Origin: Myxococcota bacterium
GTDB lineage: Bacteria > Myxococcota_A > UBA9160 > UBA4427
Assembly (NCBI GenBank): GCA_036336835.1
Contig: JAYZFK010000065.1
Span: 1-27,453 of the forward strand
Direction: 5' to 3'
Length of the DNA: 27,453 nucleotides
The first letter of the stretch is position 1. Every line of letters starts with the position of its first letter. Below, piece after piece: positions 25,799-27,453 of this stretch. Made by a program: the position numbers and the translations under genes. The notes below the pieces were generated by a model, which was given only the letters and a program-made list of their open reading frames with translations, was not told the origin of the DNA and made no database searches.

Positions 25799-27178
25799 AT
25801 GGTCATGCAAAAACTCAACATCCTGCCCACATTCGCCATCACGCACGGACTCAGCCGTTACGAAGCGCAGCGGGTAAGAACCTTGAGCGGGCTGGCCCTC
25901 ATGGCCATCGTCGCCAGCATCCTCTCGATGCCCGCAATGTTCATCGACCGTCGCCCGGAAGCGTTTCCGGTCAACTTTGTGTTTCAGTTGTCGATGGCTT
26001 GCGTCCTCTGGCTGCAGAGACGAGGACGTCATACGGCCGCCGCAAGTGTCTTCACCGTAGCTGCGTGGCTGGCTGTGACAGGGCAGACGCTGTACCTCGG
26101 CTCGGCAACGGGAATCCACTTCTGGTACCTGCCTCTCGTGTTCCTCCCCGCGGTGATCTTTCCGTCGAGAGACAACCGCATCAATGTCGTTGCAAGTGCG
26201 ACGTCTCTCGTTAGCTATGCGGGATGCGTCCTCTGGGTCGAAGCCACTCAACAAGCTGGTGTTCTCTACGTCGTCGCACAAATTCTCTCCGCCGCCGCCG
26301 TCTTCGCCATGAGCATCATCATGCGAAGAGCGATGCTCAATGCACAAGGAGAATCCGAGCATCGGAGAATGCTGTTGGAAGAGCAGGCTGCAAATCTGCG
26401 CAACTCAAACGTGTTGTTGGATCACGCCAACCGTCACAAAGACGAGTTCCTCGCCAACATCAGTCACGAGCTGCGCACTCCGCTGAGTGCGATCCTGGGA
26501 TTCAATGAGATACTCCTCCGAAGGATCTATGGGGATCTCACTGCGAGACAAGTAAATGCTCTTCACCAGGTCGAGGCGAGTGGTACGCAGCTCCTCGAGC
26601 TGATCGATAGCATATTGACGATATCCCAGATGCAGATCGAACCCGTAGAGCTTGCGTTCAGTGATGTATCCATCGTACAGGTGTGCAAAGAGGCCGTTGA
26701 AGCGACGACGCCACGAGCAGCAAAGAAGGGGCTGGCAGTGCAGCTGGAAATCGAGGACCAGTCCATTGCAGACATTCCCGCCGATGCCGCGGGGATCCGC
26801 CAGGTTCTTGGCAATCTCCTGGACAACGCGATCAAGTTCACCGAACGAGGCGAAATCGGTCTCGTCGTTTCAGCGAGCGACCCCGAGTTCGTTCGCATCG
26901 ATGTCTGGGATACCGGAATCGGCATTCCCAAGGAGGAGTTTGCCCTCCTCTTCGAACCCTTCCGCCAGGTCGACGAGAGCCAGGGTCGCCGATACGCGGG
27001 CAGTGGACTCGGGCTTGCCCTCTCCAAGCTGCTGGTCGAAGCACACGGTGGAAGGATTCACGTGCAGAGCGAGGTCCGCCGGGGCAGCCGATTCTCCGTC
27101 TTGCTGCCAACGTCATCGAGCACGTCGGTCCCCTCCAACGCTGAAGACGCGGTACACGCCGAGACGACTGGAGCCTGA
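25799..27178 (+). CDS. Membrane sensor histidine kinase (about 6 TM + HisKA + HATPase)
   Basis: Hydrophobic N-terminal half, then coiled coil, FLANISHELRTPL, NLLDNAIKFT, DTGIGI, FEPF and GSGLGL. ATG at 25799 or 25805 preferred over GTG at 25646. Confidence 0.9.
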   Translation: MVMQKLNILPTFAITHGLSRYEAQRVRTLSGLALMAIVASILSMPAMFIDRRPEAFPVNFVFQLSMACVLWLQRRGRHTAAASVFTVAAWLAVTGQTLYLGSATGIHFWYLPLVFLPAVIFPSRDNRINVVASATSLVSYAGCVLWVEATQQAGVLYVVAQILSAAAVFAMSIIMRRAMLNAQGESEHRRMLLEEQAANLRNSNVLLDHANRHKDEFLANISHELRTPLSAILGFNEILLRRIYGDLTARQVNALHQVEASGTQLLELIDSILTISQMQIEPVELAFSDVSIVQVCKEAVEATTPRAAKKGLAVQLEIEDQSIADIPADAAGIRQVLGNLLDNAIKFTERGEIGLVVSASDPEFVRIDVWDTGIGIPKEEFALLFEPFRQVDESQGRRYAGSGLGLALSKLLVEAHGGRIHVQSEVRRGSRFSVLLPTSSSTSVPSNAEDAVHAETTGA

Positions 27179-27297
27179 GCAGCCCTTGCGACGAGCCCTG
27201 CACACGGGCCGACGACACTGCGCACACCAACGTCCGACCGCGCAGCCGGCCGAGCGGCGACTCTCGGGGTCCCCGTGGCGATCTGTCGCGGCGACAC

Positions 27298-27453
27298 TCA
27301 CGGCGCGATCACGCCTTCCCGAATCGCGAAGCGGACGAGCCCAGCGACCTTGTGCACGCCGAGCTTCCCCATGACAGCCGAGCGGTGGGACTCGACGGTG
27401 CGCACGGAGATCGACAACCGCGTCGCGACCTCCTTGCTCGAGAGCCCCTCTGC
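27298..27453 (-). CDS. LuxR/NarL-type HTH regulator, C-terminal end (5' truncated by window)
   Basis: Manual translation of the minus strand gives AEGLSSKEVATRLSISVRTVESHRSAVMGKLGVHKVAGLVRFAIREGVIAP*. Not in the ORF track. Confidence 0.9.
   Translation of the reverse strand, partial: AEGLSSKEVATRLSISVRTVESHRSAVMGKLGVHKVAGLVRFAIREGVIAP

Overview
GC-rich bacterial window with no rRNA, tRNA, CRISPR array or mobile-element enzyme recognised. The gene mix resembles uncultured Myxococcota/Binatia-type genomes (inference only). 1-12.3 kb is metabolic: two amidohydrolase-2 genes, a Thr-type sulfatase-like lipoprotein, GTP-dependent PEPCK, two alpha/beta hydrolases flanking a WS/DGAT homologue with a degenerate HHxxxDG motif, an SDR, a D-aminoacylase-like enzyme and a Zn-ADH. 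12.3-20.4 kb holds membrane proteins (GT-C-like, SirB2-like, membrane SAM-transferase, LtaS/sulfatase-like, BCCT transporter). The most interesting part is 20.5-27.4 kb. There, a minus-strand operon encodes an sGC-type H-NOX haem sensor, an HNOBA-HisKA-HATPase-REC-Hpt hybrid kinase and a PhoB paralogue with a changed recognition helix. The next ~1.6 kb holds a 41-bp element present twice, a candidate sRNA with three CCCCCA-loop hairpins and a small CxxC...HxxCxxC ORF. An orphan membrane kinase and the 3' end of a LuxR-type regulator follow. All calls come from manual motif reading; no database searches were run.
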